From Chiloscyllium plagiosum (taxonomy: Eukaryota), in contig NC_057720.1 of the NCBI RefSeq assembly GCF_004010195.1, positions 29,979,829 to 30,043,828 on the forward strand: a DNA stretch of 64,000 nucleotides, given 5' to 3'. The notes under the pieces were generated by a model. The model was not told where the DNA came from, ran no database searches, and was given only the letters and a program-made list of their open reading frames with translations. A program made the position numbers and the translations under genes. Every line of letters starts with the position of its first letter. The first letter of the stretch is position 1. This document shows positions 38,613 through 52,003 of the stretch, one piece after another.

Positions 38613-39970
38613 TTGACTTAACTTAATTGACCAAACTGCCCAATTCTACTTAAGCATTTAAATCATGTTAAAAAGAACTTGCACATCAAGGTTTTCTATC
38701 AACAAGAAAATATTACTCATTGTAATCAAACACCATTTTTATACAATGGCAACAAGTTTAAATTTCTAATCTGTAACTTAAATTCTACCTCTTTCTTAAA
38801 ATTCTCAGACACAAAAACACAAGGAAATAAAAGGCACAAATATAATGAGTGGGAAGGGAATAAAATCATCAGTACAATTCTGGCACCAGTCTGGTTTATA
38901 GACTATCAGTTGTTTTATTTCAGTCCTTTTGATTCAATACGGATTTATTATTGACAATACAAAGATTGTAGATACACTGAGTTTCATTCACTGGTTGTGG
39001 ATTTGCCCTTTCAGTACCCTGAAGATGATTTTTCACTTTTTACTTTTAATAGTGGATTAACAGAGTGAACTGCTTACAGAGAAATATGAGGGAGTGTAGC
39101 TAAGCATAGGAAGTTTCTTTACTTCTCAAGTCAGATGAGACACAGAGGCAGGGAGGGAGACGGAGAGATAGAGAGACCGATGCTCTCTCTTCACAAGTTG
39201 TTTATTTCTGCTGTATTGTCCACATAAGGCCACAGCCACCTGCCCAGGAACGAATCAAGTGGTTGTTACCATGCTGAGTGCTCCTGAACTCATAACTGTT
39301 CCCAATTGCAAAGCCAATCAAAAGACTCTCAGTAAAATTGCCAGAGACAGACAGACAGACACAGTGCCAATTTGTCTGGAATTATTCCTCACTGTTCAAA
39401 TAAAGCAACATTGTTATACAAGTAATAATTTGTTCTAGAAACTTGTTTTTAAAAACAGCAAACAACGTCTATACACTTTCCTCCGTTTAAAGCAGTATCG
39501 TTTCATTTTTATCCACCATCACAGAAAAAGTCTTTACTCCAGTGGGATGATGACTAATAGTTAACTGCTAAGCTTTGTTTAAATTTAAACCATGTAGTTT
39601 GACCCTGCTCAAGGCATTACCTTGAGGAACAAACCAGAGAATAGCTGTCACTTTACTTACTGTGTTTGAAACAGGAACAATGTGTATACACGTTCTCTCT
39701 GTGTTCAATGAATAGGCCTCTGTCGATCAATAAACGTAGCTTCCAGAATGTGCCATACTGCAAACCCGATTAACAATCTTACATTGATTGCCAGCGCAAT
39801 TCTTAGCACATTCACTATTGAGAGCAAATGTTGGATACTACTTTGTTTTGAGATTTGTAAGCATGGATTATTATATACAGTCTGTGCACATTTTTTGGAC
39901 AGTGATGAATGTTCCATTGCAGAGATTTTTGATTTAAAGCTGTTTCTTTTCCCTAATCAGGTCCACTCAC

Positions 39971-40116
39971 CTTTTTGAAAGTTCTGTCCCAAAGATCATT
40001 ACAGTAGCCAACATAGCTCTTCAAATCCTCTTCATCCTGCTCTGTTACTGTACTAACTGGCACAACACCAGCTGGGAAATTTAATAGGTTAAAAATAATC
40101 TTGTAGGAAGCTGTAG
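39971..40116 (-). CDS. FAAH: FAAH-like exon (exon 14 equivalent), 146 bp
   Basis: ttctatacag|CT ACA...AAA AAG|gtgagt; (A)TASYKIIFNLLNFPAGVVPVSTVTEQDEEDLKSYVGYCNDLWDRTFKK, with the amidase NxLxFPAGVVPV motif. Confidence 0.95.
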
Positions 40117-40669
40117 CTGTATAGAAAAGAAAACACAAGAGTGTTATCGCCAATGTTTTCAATTATCTTCAAGTGAATGTTACATGGTGTTTGGAATGGT
40201 TAAAATTAGGAGGTGGCAAGGTCAAAAGGGATGCCCATGAATGACTTAGGGAGTTATATGGATGGAGAGATTATGGGAGTTTAACAGGACAATGAACGAG
40301 TGAGAGAGTGAGAGAGATTGAGGGGTTGAAATGGAGACTACATTCACCTGGAACGCAAAGTCAGTTTGGTTCAGAGGTGAAGGGAAGAAACAGTGAAGAT
40401 ATCCTGGTGCGAACATATTTAAAATCATGCTGATGAAGTAATGCTGTGGCTGTTAAACATCTTTCATAAAGGAAGAAAGTTTTGGTTTTTAAACAAGCTC
40501 TGCTCAAACGATTTGCCAGAGCTGCAAATGATATAGTTCAGCTCAAGACAACAGCACAGGCAGAATGACATTACTGACAGCAGGGAGAAGTATGTGGTGA
40601 TGGTGAGAATATAGAGAACCTAATGATGTTCTGAAACATCATCACCACTTTTATTTAGTTCTATAATCT

Positions 40670-43668
40670 AGTGAGAGAGACTCACGGTTGGTGTGTTGTC
40701 TCCCAGGTACCAGGGTTCGTGAGGTCTCTGATCATGTTTTTGGGATTCTTAAGGGGGAGGGGGAGCAGCCCCAAGTCGTGGTCCACACAGGCACCAACGA
40801 CATAGGTAGGAAGAGAGATGGGGATTTAAGGCAGAAATTCAGGGAGCTAAGATGGAAGCTTAGAGCTAGGACGAACAGAGTTGTTGCCTCTGGTTTGTTG
40901 CCCTTGCCACATGCTAGTGAGGCAAGGAATAGGGAGAGAGAGGAGTTGAACAGGTGGCTACAGGGATGGTGTACGAGGGAGTGTTTTGGATTCTTGGATA
41001 ATTGGGGCTCTTTCTGGGACCTCTACAAGCAGGATGGTCTTCATCTGAACCAGAGGGGTACCAATATCCTGGGAGGGAAATTCGCTAAGGCTATTGGGGT
41101 GGGTTTAAACTAATCCAGCAGGGGGATGGGAACCAAAATTGTAGTTCAAGTATAGAAAAGGTTGAGAGTAGGGAGGTCCAAAATCAAGTTTCAGGGACGC
41201 AAGATGGCACTAGCAAGCAAGAAGTTGGTTTGAAGTGTGTCTACTTCAACACCAGGAGCATCCGGAATAAGGTGGGTGAACTTGCAGCATGGGATGGTAC
41301 CTGGGACTTCGATGTTGTGGCCATTTCGGAGACATGGTTGTTGGAGTTTCCAGGATTTAGATGTTTCATTAAGAACAGAGAAGATGGTAAAAGAGGGGGA
41401 GGTGTGGCATTTTTGGTCAAGGACGGTATTACAGTTGCAGAAAGGATGTTTGAGGACTCGTCAACTGAGGTAGTATGGGCTGAAGTTAGAAACAGAAAGG
41501 AGAGGTCACCCTGTTGGGAGTTTTCTATAGGTCTCCGAATAGTTCCAGAGATGTAGAGGAAAGGATAGCAAAGATGATTCTCGATAGGAGTGAGAGAGAC
41601 AGGGTAGTTGTCATGAGGGACTTCAACTTTCCAACTATTGACTGGAACACTATAGTACGAGTACTATAGATGGATCAGTTTTTGTCCAGTGTGTGCAGGA
41701 GAGCTTCCTGACAGTATGTAGACAGGCAAGAAGGGGTGAAGCCACATTAGATTTGGTACTGAGTAATGAGCCTGACCAGGTGTTAGACTTGAAAGTAGGT
41801 GAGCACTTTGGTGATAGTGATCACAATTCTATCATTTACTTTAGTGATAGAAAGGGATAGGTGTATACCACTGGGCAAGAGTTACAGCGGGGGGAAAGGC
41901 AATTACGATGCGATTAGGCAAGATTTAGGAAGCATAGGATGAGGAAGGAAACTGCAGGGGATAGGTACATTAGAAATGTGAAGCTTATTAAAGGAAAAGC
42001 TACTGTGTGTCCTAGATAAGTATGTACCTGTTTGGCAGGGAGGAAGCTGTAGAGTGCGGGAGCCGTGGTTTACAAAGGAAGTGGAATCTCTGGTCAAGAG
42101 GGAGAAGAAGGCTTATGTTAGGATGAGATGTGAAGGCTCAGTTGGGGTGCTTGAGGGTTACAAGGTAGCCAGGAAAGACCTCAAGAGAGAGCTCAGAAGA
42201 GCCAGGAGGAGACATTGGGAAGCCAGGGAGGAGATTGCCGAGCCTTTAGCATTGATCTTTAAATCGTCATTATCTACAGAAGGCAGGAGGATAGCAAACG
42301 TGGTTCCCCTGTTCAAGAAGGGGAGTAGAAACAATCCTGTGAGCCTTACTTCAGTTGTTGGTAAAGTGTTGGAAAAGGTTATGAAATAGGATTTATAATC
42401 ATCTAGAAAAGAATAATTTGATTAGGGATAGTCAGCACGGCTTTGTGAAGGGTAGGTCGTGCCTCACAAAACTTATTGAGTTCTTTGAGGTGGTGACCAA
42501 ACAGGTAGTTGAGAGTAAACCGGTTGATGTGGTGTATATGGATTTCAGCAAGGTGTTCGATAAGGTTCCCCACAATAGGCTATTGTACAAAATGCGGAGG
42601 AATGGGATTGTGGGAGATATAGCAGTTTGGATCAGTAATTGGCTTGCTGAAAGACAACAGAGGGTGGTGGTTGATGGGAAATGTTCATCCTGGAGTCCAG
42701 TTACCAGTGGTGTACCGCAAGGGTCGGTGTTGGGTCCACTGCTGTTCGTCATTTTTATAAACGATCTGGATGAGGGCATAGAAGGGTGGGTTAGTAAATC
42801 TGCAGACGACACTAAGATCGGTGGAGTTGTGGACAGTGACAAAGGATGTTGTAGGTTACAGAGAGACAAAGATAAACTGCAAAGCTGGGCTGAGAGGTGG
42901 CAAATGGAGTTTAATGCGGACAAGTGTGAGGTGATTCACTTTGGTCGGAGTAACCGGAATGCAAAGTACTGGGCTCATGGTAAGATTCTTGGTAGTGTAG
43001 GTGAGCAGAGAGATCTCGGTGTCCAGGTACACAGATCCTTGAAAGTTGTCACCCAGGTTGACAGGGTTGTTAAGAAGGCATACAGTATTTTAGCTTTTAT
43101 TAATAGAGGGATCGAGTTCCGGAACCATGAGGTTATGCTGCAGCTGTACAAAACTCTGGTGTGGCTGCATTTGGAGTATTGTATACAGTTCTGGTCACTG
43201 CATTACAAGAAGGATGTGGAAGCTTTGGAAAGGGTGCAGCGGAGATTTACTAGGATGTTGCCTGGTATGGAGGGAAGGTCTTACGAGGAAAGGCTGAGGG
43301 ACTTGAGGCTGTTTTTGATAGAGAGAAGGAGGTTGAGAAGTGACTTAATAGAGACAAACAAGATAATCAGAGGGTTAGATAGGGTGGACATGGAGAGCCT
43401 TTTTCCAAGTATGGTGATGGTGAGCACGAGGGGGCATAGCTTTAAATTGAGGGGTGATAGAAATAGTTTCTTTACTCAGAGAGTAGTAAGGGTATGGAAT
43501 GCTTTGCCTGCAACGGTAGTAGATTTGTGTACATTTAAGTCGTCATTGGACAAGCATATGGACGTACATGGAATAGTGTAGGTTAGATGGGCTTCAGATT
43601 GGTATGACAGTTTGCACAACATCGAGGGCCGAAGGGCGTGTACTGCACTGTAATGTTCTGTGTTCTAT
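40670..43668 (+). mobile_element. CR1 LINE (ORF1 esterase part, endonuclease, internal deletion at ~42216, RT open for 387 aa, 3' tail), antisense in a FAAH intron
   Basis: MVCCLPG...GTNDIG...DGLHLN; CVYFNTRSIRNK...ISETWL; YMDFSKVFDKV, GVPQGSVLGP, SKSADDTK. Confidence 0.95.
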
Positions 43669-43999
43669 AAATATACTGGTTTTGCATGCCTCCAAAATTG
43701 CTAATCTTAATAAATCTGACTCACTGTTTATATATAATAATAGTCTGTAAGAGTGTCATTTGTGCATCTGTCAGAAAACACTTCAAACACGAGGGAAATT
43801 TGTACTTAGTTGAATGAAATCATCGGCACCATAATGACTTCATTGTTTATCCCAAAATACTACCTGACTGATTACTGTGCATTTTAGTTCATAAAGAAAT
43901 GTCAGTTTGCCCATGGAAGATGTGCATATTACTACCTGAACTCCGTCAACCTTTAATATCAGCCTTTAATCAACCTTTAATCTCAGAAACAAGCGTAAT

Positions 44000-44215
44000 A
44001 TTCCTGTCCCAGTGATTCAGTTGAATGCCACAGATCCCAATGAAATAATCAAAGAAAATGAACAAATTCTCCAAGTCCCTCCGCTAATGATATTTCACTC
44101 AACCAACACTACCAACAATAGATTAACTGGTTAATCTATAGTTATGTAACATTACTTTGTATGAATGATGGTTGCTTTAGATGCCTAAACAACAGCGATT
44201 GCACTTGGAAAAGGA
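44000..44215 (+). mobile_element. Decayed Deu-SINE-like 3' portion
   Basis: gatcccaatgaaataatcaaagaa...atttcactcaaccaacactacc...gattaactggtt. Confidence 0.4.
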
Positions 44216-44554
44216 AATTCAAAGCACCAGAGATAATTCTTTTAGTTGGCCCTGTATAAATAATTTGTCAAGATCAATGCAGTTATTTTATTTCACCACA
44301 AGTATCTCCTTGTTGCTTTTGCAAAGCAAGTCACATTTGAGTACATGCTGAATATTATGTAAACTAACAAAAAAAATGAGAATTACATCAGGCTGTGCAT
44401 ACATGACTCAACTGTATATTTATTTTTGCCTTCATGTAGAATTCCAAATGTTGTTGTTCAACATGCATGTGCAAAAACATGCTGACTCCAGGCAGTTCAA
44501 TTTTACAGTGCATCTGCTCCAAAGCTGAATGGAAAAAGGTTCACTTCACTTCAA

Positions 44555-44875
44555 GGGCAGCACAGTGGTTAGCACTGCTGCCTCATAGTGCCAGGGACCT
44601 GCGATCCTCGGCTGAGCTTGCACATTCTTCCTGTGTCTGTGTGGGTTTCCTTCAGATGCTCAGGTTTCCTCCCACAATCCAAAGACGTGCAGGTTAGGTG
44701 AATTGGCCACGCTAAATTGCCCGTAGTGTTCAGAGATGTGTAGGTTAGTTGCATTAGTCAGAGACAAAATGTGGAGTAATAAGGGAATGGGTCTGGGTGG
44801 GTTACTCTTCAGAGGGTCTGTGTGGATTGCTGGGGCGAAGGGCCTGTTTCCACACTGTAGGGATTCTATGTTTCT
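44555..44875 (+). mobile_element. HE1 V-SINE
   Basis: cacagtggttagcactgctgcctca head, V-domain, tail. Confidence 0.9.
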
Positions 44876-45109
44876 ATTAAGTACCCAGAAGGACCAACAG
44901 ACTTCCAAGTACTTTGTATGAGTTATTGTCCTCACCAGACCTCTAAATGATGGCGGCTGTATACGTGAACACGAGTTTGATTTTGGAGCAAATTAGCTGC
45001 CTTCACCATAAACACTTAGCAATTAGTTTTCACCTTCAAACATGACCAGGCTCCTCAAGTTTGCTCTGCCATTTGTTAATATCATGGTTGTTCCAATTGT
45101 GAGCTCAAG

Positions 45110-45975
45110 TCTACTTTCCCATTTATACCCTTTGATTTCCCTTATCAATTAAAAACCTAACTTAAACTTAGAAATATTCAATGACGCAATCTCTATTGCT
45201 CTATAGAAAAGAGAATTCTACAGACGAGCACCCAAGGGGGCATTCTTAAATGAGACACCCCTTATTTTTAAATTTGTGTCACCTAGTACTGGTTAATCTC
45301 ATAGCATCAAAGTCCCCTCAGGATCTTAAATATTTAAAGGTAGATCACTCCTTATTCTTTTGAACAGCAATGAATACACACTCAACCTAACAACATTTGT
45401 TCATAACTAATTCTTGAAATAAAAGGGTTAAGTAAACTTTCTCTGAACTGCTTCTAATGCAATTTCCTGAAGTAAGGAGACCATACCTGTACAAGGTCCT
45501 CCAGATGTGGTCTCACCACAATATAACTGGAGCAATTAAATTAATTCCCCTTGTAATAAATGCCAACATTCTGTATGCCTTCCTAAGCACTTGCCATATC
45601 TGCAAGCCTAACTTTGTAATTCATGTATCAATACAACCAAACACCTCTGTACTGAAGATGTCTACAATACTATACTGCCAAAATGGACAGGTTCACATTT
45701 CCCACATTATAGTTGATCTGCCAATTTTTTTTTATCCAATTAATCTACCAGACACATTATGACTTCTTCACAATCTACACTCCTCACTACATTCGTGTTA
45801 TCTATAAATGCAGTAACAACACACTTGGTCCCTTCATCCAAATCATTGACATACATTGTAAATAGTTGAGATTTCAGCACTGCGCCCTATGTTACTCCAC
45901 TTATTACCACTTGCCAACCTAAAAAGGATCTACTTATCTCTACTCTCTGTTTCCCATTAGCTAACTACTTAAGTA
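45110..45975 (-). mobile_element. Old CR1 RT/3' remnant
   Basis: cccttcatccaaatcattgacatacattgtaaa; ggagaccatacctgtacaaggtcctccagatgtgg. Confidence 0.7.
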
Positions 45976-45992
45976 TCCATAGCAATGGATAA

Positions 45993-46295
45993 GGGTGGCA
46001 TGGAGGCTCAGTAGTTAACACTGCTGCCTCAAAGCGCCAGGGTCTCGGGTTCGATTCCAGTCTTGTGGGTGACCATCTGTGTGGAGTTTGCACATTCTCC
46101 CAGTGTCTGTGTGGGTTTCCTCCGGATGCTCCAGTTTCCTCCTACATTCCAAAGATGTGCAGGTCAGGTGAATTGACCATGCTAAATTGTCTATAGTGTT
46201 AGGTGCATGGTGGGGGGTGGGTTACACTTCGGGGGTTGGGGGTGGACTTGTTCGGCCAAAGCGCCTGATTCCACGCTGTAGGGAATCTAGTCTAA
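45993..46295 (+). mobile_element. HE1 V-SINE
   Basis: Head with gggttcgattcc; tgtgtggagtttgcacattctcc. Confidence 0.9.
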
Positions 46296-46464
46296 TCAAT
46301 GCTACCCCCAATTTTCTTATTCATTCGTGGAATGTATTAGTGACTAGTCAGCGATCAGCAAAGCACAACTGCAACACTATCACATAGCCTAAAAATTTGA
46401 CTGATTTTTGGACATTATAAAAATGCATCTGACATGGGGTGCATTGGAAATATGTGCTGATTAC

Positions 46465-47400
46465 CATTTGGCCTATATCCCTCTAAACTCTTCCTATTCA
46501 TATACCCATCCAGATGCTTTTTATATGTTGCAATTGTACCAGCCTCCACCACTTCCTCTGGCAGCTCATTCCATACACGTACCACCCTTGGCATGAAAAA
46601 AGTTGTCCTTTGGGTCCTTTTTAAATCTTTCCCCTCTCACCTTAAACCTATGCCCTCTAGTTTTGGACTCCCCTATCCTACGCAAGAGACCTTGGCTGCT
46701 CACCTCATCCATGCCCCTTATGATTTGATAAACCTCTATACGGTTCAGCCTCCGACACTCCAGGGAAAATAGCCCCAACCTATTCAGCCTCTCCCTATAC
46801 TCATATCCTCCAATCCTGGCAACGTCCTTGGAAATTTCTTATGCACCCTTTCAAGTTTCACAACATCCTTCCTATCGACCAGAACAGAACGCCGTATTCT
46901 AAAAGACCTAACCAATGTCCTGCACAACTGCAGCATGACATCCCAACTGCTATACTCAATGCACTGACCAATAAAGGAAAGCACACCAAATGTATTCTTC
47001 ATTACCCTATCTACTTGTGACTCCATCTTCAAAGAACAATGAACCTGCACCCCATGGTATCTTTGTTTGGCAACACTCCCCAGGTCCCTATTATTAACCA
47101 TAAGTCCTCCCCTCTTTTGTCCTACCTAAATCATTTATCTAAATTAAACATCTGCCACTCCTCGACCCATCTGATCAAGTCCCTTTGTCCTCAGAGATAA
47201 CCTTCTTCACTGTCCACTACATCTTCAATTTTGGTATCATCTGCAAATCTACGACCCATTCATTTTATATTCACATCCAAACCATTTATATAAAAATGAC
47301 AAAAAAAAACTATGATCCCAGCACCGATCCTTGCAGAACATCACTGGTCACAGACCTCCAGTTCACAAAACAACCCTCCATCACCACCACCCTCTGTCTC
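46465..47400 (-). mobile_element. CR1 RT/3' fragment whose 5' end lies ~60 bp from the exon 13 donor
   Basis: RQRVVVMEGCFVNWRSVTSDVLQGSVLG; KDVVKLERVHKKFPRTLPG. Confidence 0.88.
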
Positions 47401-47460
47401 CTTGTCCTTACTGGAATTTCCTCACAATAAAAGTATTCTGAAAAAGGGGTTATTACATAC

Positions 47461-47569
47461 CTGTCACTTTTCCAGCATATCCGACAGTGAGGGCTGGACC
47501 TAATGCTGGGCAAATTAAGACATCAAGTTCTGCGCTTTTCCAAGCGTCTATATACTCATCGCAGTATGC
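47461..47569 (-). CDS. FAAH: FAAH-like exon (exon 13 equivalent), 109 bp
   Basis: ttttgcctag|GCA...ACA G|gtatgt; AYCDEYIDAWKSAELDVLICPALGPALTVGYAGKVT vs FAAH VYRKTVIAQWRALDLDVVLTPMLAPAL. Confidence 0.93.
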
Positions 47570-48829
47570 CTAGGCAAAATGCAAAACAAAAACCTGAAAA
47601 CGTCCTTAATGATGACAGTGTATTTTCTAAGTGGTTTGTGCTATGACATGCAGACAACCTTATGGGCAGAATCTTGTTTTAATCTGAGTCTCACCTGCTC
47701 AGTGCTAAAGGGGCACAAGGGCAATTAAAAGTTGTAAAAATTCACTTACTGACCCTTCTCAGTAATCAGTGAAGTAGCGTCAGGCCACAGGCGCACTAGC
47801 CAGAAAGTCCTGTGAATTATTTCAACTAGGGGTCTAATTATAGCACCTCAAACCCTGAAGTTAAATTTCACAGGGCCAGTCAGAAGTCCTGCTCAAATAT
47901 TCTAAAGTGAAACAGAGTGATATATGCTTCACAGATGTCTAGATGCCGGATTTAAATGAGCAACTGCGACAAACATGGATAATAAAACGTCTGCATTTCC
48001 AAACCCATTTCAACATTTCAATTTGCTCCCTTCTAATTTTCATTTTCTTAACCATCATGACCAAATACTAACTGGTTATCACATGCAGACGAAAAACAGC
48101 AATAACAAAGAATAAAGCAAGCAGTAACTAGAGGTGGGAGCAGTGATTGAGATTTCCTACTGAAAGACCTTACTTAGTCCACTTGTTTTATTGGGGTCAA
48201 TACTTAGTCTTATTTTTGTGTTATACAGAGGTCCCCAATTTATGAAAGCAACTTACAAATACTCTCTCATACAGGGGTGTAAACTTAAAGACCTGACATA
48301 CGAATATTTCCTGTACATGCAAACAGCTCCTTTATGTTGTCCTGCATTTTGTATGCAAGTCAGACAGAGCTCATTCGCAACCCAAGGACTGCTGGTAGTT
48401 TGACCCCAGAGTCCAGGTCACATTGTGGTAAATCTGACACCACACATCCTCCAAAACCAACAGTGAAGAGCCCAGAACTGATCACAGTTCTCCACACAAG
48501 GCCTAAGTAGGGTTTTGTAAAGATAAAGCATGCCTTCTTCCTTCATATATTCCATCCCACTAGATATAAAGGCAGCATTCCATTAGCCATGAGGATTATT
48601 GGCTGTACCTGTTCACAACATTTTAGTGATCATGTACCAGGACCTCAAAATTCTTCACACCATCAGCTATTCTAGCTTTTCACTGGTTGGAGATTGTTCT
48701 TTTCAAATCTGCATTCTAGAAAGACGACCTGTCCTTGAACATTACCAAAAAAAAATTCAATAACCTCAGACATGATCAGCCAAATATTCCACTTCCTATT
48801 TATTTGAAGGGAAGTCTACGGTATATGTC

Positions 48830-49100
48830 GAGTGGATTGGTATTGTTACAGACAGAGGTCATGTTTTGGGGCAGCCAATGTTTGTAAAAAAAAAAAATGG
48901 AATTAAAAATCTAATGATGACTATGAAACCATTACTGATTGTTGTAAAATCTAATTGGTTCTCTAATGTCCATTAGGGAAGGAAAGTTGCCATCTTTATT
49001 TGGTCTGACTTACATGCAATTTCAGATTCACAGCAAAGTTGTTGACTCTGAACTGCCCACTGAAATGGCCCAGCAAGCCATTCAGTAGTATCAAATGCTA
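48830..49100 (+). mobile_element. Decayed SINE-like repeat (non-HE1 family)
   Basis: ggttctctaatgtcccattagggaaggaaagttgccatc...aactgcccactgaaatggcccagcaagccattcag; assigned from recall. Confidence 0.55.
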
Positions 49101-51103
49101 AAAAAAGTCTCCAAAAAGAAAGAGAAGAGAAATGAAATCGAAGGCTCCACTTTGGAAGCACAGTTTCACGCATATCACAAAATCACATGAAATTTACGAT
49201 GTTGGAGGCCATTCAACCCATTATTGAGGATCAAAAAAATGAGGATCATTACCTAATGCCAAATCTCCTGCCCCACTCCCATCCCATTTTATACTCTCAA
49301 GTAGCCCAAGTTGATGCAGACTTTTTACCACCAACCTGAGACAGAGTCCCAGCCTCTCCCACTTCAATCTTGCTATGGGTTTCAGCCCACCTCCTGACTT
49401 CTCATCTTCTTATTCAGCTTCCTGACTTTGGCTGAGACACAGTCGGTCATTGGAGGAGCTGGAGGAACCAGTGTGGAAGAGAGTGAGTGTGTAATTGGAG
49501 GAACAGCTCAGTATTGCCGGCTTCCCTCCAACAACTGATCTGGTGTGAATTTCCATTTTCAGCAACAGTTAACGGTTTTGTTGTAGAAAGACCTAACATT
49601 TGCTGGCAGCAGGGATGATCTGACAGTTCCAATTATTTTTAAAACCCATGGGTAAGTTATGATGCTCTCTCAAGTACAGAATCAGCAGTTTCTACTTGTT
49701 GAGAAATTTGACAGTTTCGATTTATCTTTTAAAGCCAGTCTTTTGGGTCTGAAGGTCAGAAGGGGAGATGTCAGTGGCTGATTTCTGAAACCCGAGTTTC
49801 CAAAAGCTTTCATTTCTGGATTCTCATTAAATGAATTCTGTTTTCCTGCTATCCTACTCATATTTGGCTGCTCTAAGCGACCAGCTTATTGGCCTAGTAG
49901 CTGCACCAACCTGCCAGTCATTCAAAATAGTGGTAAGTGCCCAGCAAGGTGCATTAAGCTTTGAGGCACAATGTCTTAAATGATCTGGCAAAGTAGTAAG
50001 GGAGTAAGAAAGAGATGGAAGCAAATCCTACATTCAGATCTCAGGACTTCATGGGTAATCCTGCTCTGCGTGTCTACAGGTTGAGAATCAGCCTCTTCAG
50101 GCTCAATGCGATCAATGCTTTACAAGACCCTGTATAAATGTCATCCCCTTTCAAAGGCAAATAATAATACTCTCCAAATTGAAGTTGCCCCCCCCAATTC
50201 TTTCAGCTCATCCCTTATATTCCATATGTTCTTGTGATACTAAACCCCTCTACTATAAGCATTCAACCTTGCCATTAAAAACTGGTCCCAGCTTAGTTTA
50301 GGTTCATCAACGCCCAGGGAGTTACTACGAACCAGAAACTTAAATTGGACTTAATCCTAACCCTTCCTGAAATCACCAGCTACCAGAGGCTCCCCTGCAC
50401 TAGATAACTAGTACCTAAGAAAAAAGCAATAAGAAAATATTCGAGTCCGCGACTGTCACCTGTGATGATCTTTGACATTGGTATATTACTCGGGGAAATC
50501 AAACAATTTACTGCTTTCTCAGGCAAATATTCCCTTCCTTCATGGGGAGAAATACAAGGTTTCCACTTATTAATTACTTCTCAAGCACTGGTTGAGGCTA
50601 TGAACTCATTTCCTAGAAATTTCTCAGTCGGTATCTTTACTACATTGTTGTTTACCAGATTACCTTGATTTCTTATAGTCAGCATATATAGATATATAAC
50701 ACAGTCCCTGCCCTCCCAGCCAATGGCTGATGTTGAGCTGAGAATAGGGAGGGAACCGTTGATCCACGCCACTGCTGACTGCTGTGGAGCAATGTTAAAT
50801 GGGCTTAAAGTGAGGCACCAGAAGAAAGACTGCTCGAGACAGCTGCAGGCCAACCAATGGCCAGTAGCTCTGCAGTCCTAACAGCACCAGGGCTGAGCAC
50901 TAGCCACAGCTAGGACTACAGGCAGTCACAACAAAGTGCGTTCTAGAGGAACGTGGGGCTGGGTTAGATAGGAGGTGATAGTGGGTAGGAAAGGGGGGAG
51001 TTAAAATGAATGGTATGATCTTGAGGGGAATTCCTCAACTGGTATAGACACCCAAAGAACCCTCTTGACCAGTATCAATCTGCAGCAAAAGTTGTCAGGA
51101 TAC

Positions 51104-52003
51104 AAAAAACAGAAATTGCTGGAAAAGCTCAGCAAATCTGTGAAGAGAAATCAGTTAATGTTTCGAGTCCACTGAGTCTTCCTCAGAACTGATAGTAGCT
51201 GTGAAGATAGTCAGTGCTTGTACTGAAGATAGAGTGTGGGGAGGGGTTAAGGAGTAAACGATAGGTGGGGATAGAGCCCAAAGAGAAAAACAGTTGGACA
51301 GACAAAGGAATGGATAACCATCTACTGGGAGGGAGAATAGCTGCTAATGGAGACTGTTAGTGGCTAACAATGGATTAAAATTAAAATTATAATTGACGAT
51401 GTGATCACAGGGCCTGATATGCGGGGGCTGTGGGCAAGGGGAGTTCAAAGCCCAAAGTTATTGAGCTCAATACGGAGTCTGGAAGGCTGCAGAGTTCCCA
51501 AGCGGTTTACTTTACTCCACCCAAATACTTGCCGGTCTCTGAAATTCTAGAACTCAAAAACAGGTAGAGAGGTTATTGATATGAAAAAAACGTGCTGATA
51601 GTATCCAAATATTGAAACCAAACAGTAAATATTCAGACATCTTTCATTACAAACAAATAATTATATGATTCCAGTGATCGAACGGTCTGCTTCTATACAC
51701 TAAACTATTGTTTGCCACTAACAGTCTCCATTCACCCTCCCAGCAGGTCATTATCCACTCCTTTGACTGTCTAAATGTTCTTCTCTCTCTCTCTCTCTCT
51801 CTGGGCTCTAGTACCTATTGTTTAATCCTTACACCATTTCCTCACCCTATCTTTCTAGCTGCCATCAGTTCTGAGGAAGTCACAGGCCCAGAAACATTAA
51901 CACTGATTTCTCTGCACAGATGCTGCCAGATCTGCTGAGTTTTTCCAACAATTTCTGTTATTGTTTTAGATTTACAGCATCCGCAGTTCTTTCAGTTTTA
52001 TTC
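51104..52003. mobile_element. Composite Penelope-derived insertion: inverted arms 51104-51505 and ~51674-52003 enclosing captured host sequence
   Basis: Arms are mutually inverted homologues; the inner end of the left arm reads like the Penelope ORF C-terminus (RLGTLQP); flanked by TGTCAGGATAC (51093-51103) and TGTCAGGACAC (52004-52014). Confidence 0.8.
51507..51675 (-). pseudogene. Degenerate duplicate of FAAH exon 11 (51511-51554) plus upstream intron; acceptor AG mutated to TG
   Basis: Aligns colinearly to 52861-53031; exon part 39/44 identical. Confidence 0.9.

Noticed and set aside
43946..43985. Three copies of tca(a/g)cctttaa
   Set aside because: Short slippage repeat with no further structure.
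51511..51554. Functional mutually exclusive alternative exon 11
   Set aside because: Acceptor is TG, donor context is weakened, and it lies downstream of exon 12; its 44 nt inserted in a phase-0 intron would frameshift.
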